A stretch of 64,000 nt of DNA from the human T2T-CHM13v2.0 reference genome, Homo sapiens. Position 1 is the stretch's first letter. Each line of letters begins with the position of its first letter. Location: the NCBI RefSeq assembly GCF_009914755.1, contig NC_060930.1; one strand, 5' to 3'. Of the stretch, positions 62,540 to 64,000 are shown piece after piece. Below the pieces are notes generated by a model. It was not told the DNA's origin. It made no database searches and saw only the letters and a list, made by a program, of their open reading frames with translations. A program made the translations under genes and the position numbers.

Positions 62540-62840
62540 TTGTCTACTCTGAAGAATTTACTACCTCACTTATAGATCTGAGCCTAAATGACACTTCCCT
62601 AGAAGAGCTTTCCTTGAACCTTTCCTGGTTTAAACTAATCACCCATCCATTTTATTCATGAAGCCTTGTCATTTTTACTTTATAGTACTTAGTACAACTT
62701 GTAATTACATGTTTAGTATTATTATTTGTTTTCTTTCTCCCACTAGACTATAAAGTTTGTGAGGGAAGGAATTGTGTCTGTCTTATTCACTAACAAATAC
62801 TCGGCAAATAGCAAAATCTGTATGTATAGTAAGCGATTGA
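62540..62840 (+). mobile_element. L2 3' end fragment
   Basis: ctccccactagactataaagtttgtgagggaaggaattgtgtctgtcttattcac. Confidence 0.7.
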
Positions 62841-63629
62841 AAAACATTAGGCAAATTTATAACTATTTTAATATCTGTATATACTATATATCTATATATA
62901 ATATCTTTGCTCTGGATGTGCACTTAGGAAGGCAGAGAAAATTTAAGTGTCTCTGATTTAGGTGGTATGTGATAATAATGTAGATACAAGTAATATAAAA
63001 ATATTTTAGAACATTGATGGTGATTCAAATTTTAGAGCTCAACCCATCTTATTTTTGTTATTTAAGTTACTAATGCCCCCCAAAGTATAAATATTTATAA
63101 AATTATTTTTAAGAAGACTTTGGGAAATTATTAATGGTAAGCTTGAAGGTTGGAGTAGATATTTCTAAAATTAGTTGCCAAATTTATAAATACATTAATA
63201 AAAATTTCACTATCAATAATTTTTATTTCAAATAAAATTCAACTTTAGGTTATTATGGCTTTAAGATAGTGTCTAATGGGAAGCAAATAAACATTAATGC
63301 AAGACTTTTCAAGGTGAAATAGACTTAGAGCACCAGTTTTATGATGTTTAGACTTTTTCCTAATACTTAAGAAATTGTATGATGAAATCAGAAAATACAG
63401 AAAAATAAGAAGCCTGGAATAAAAATTTCCTGATATCCTGTCACTTACCTCACCACAGTTAGCTTGGTGAACTTATTTCTAGTGTTTTCTTACACATATA
63501 GGTATACATAAAATTAGGGTCATGTTCTAAGTGTAGAATCGTTTCTTGAGTTTTCTCCACCACTTAACAGTGAGTATTTCTCCATAATATTATTTTTTTT
63601 TAAAAAAATGGCCAATTAACATATGCTGG

Positions 63630-63900
63630 TAAACAAGTCCATCATAAAGGCTTAAACCAACAAATATTTCATTTTTGCTTATGTTTTGTGTTTATTGAAT
63701 GTTGCTAGGGACTTGTCCATGTCATTGTGCATTAGGGATCCAAACTGATGAAGTAGACACTATCCAAAGTTCTCTAGATTGTTGTGATAGAGGGAAATAA
63801 AAGTTGCAAAACACACTCTGCCCTTAAAATGTCTTCCCAGAAGTTAAACAATCACTGTAACCACTGGGCAGTTCTTGTGAGGCGTTCCAAATGTGAGTTT
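63630..63900 (+). mobile_element. Old MLT1-type LTR fragment
   Basis: ggcttaaaccaacaaat...agggatccaaactgatgaagtag...cttcccagaagt resembles old MLT1 LTRs. Confidence 0.4.
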
Positions 63901-64000
63901 GGAAATGTCCCTATATCCCACTCATTGAAAAGTAGCTCCTCCATCCATTGTTCTTCATAACCCTCGGGTTCCACTCAGTTGTTAGGTTCATTATCTGCCT

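Overview
Human (primate) genomic DNA, AT-rich and dense in Alu, L1, MIR, L2 and LTR repeats. The gene order identifies it as the olfactory-receptor cluster of the extended MHC class I region (6p22.1). Minus strand: OR pseudogene OR2AD1P (~9.4-10.3 kb), intact single-coding-exon OR2W1 (26914-27876), degraded OR pseudogene OR2P1P (~54.4-55.3 kb), and a full-length TSD-flanked processed pseudogene of SAR1A including its long 3'UTR (~57.1-59.9 kb). Plus strand: an isolated CpG-island promoter with a strong splice donor (~18.5-19.0 kb), consistent with the antisense lncRNA OR2W1-AS1. The most unexpected observation, missed by the ORF track, is a very old, heavily decayed intronless copy of cTAGE5/MIA2 on the plus strand (46692-~50790). 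It is split by MaLR, L1 and Alu insertions and has a good splice acceptor 67 nt upstream of its ATG. It may be a dead retrogene whose promoter and splicing architecture survive as the antisense lncRNA, whose candidate last exon is antisense to the SAR1A retrocopy. Gene symbols and repeat subfamilies come from recognition and locus context, not from database searches, and repeat boundaries are approximate.
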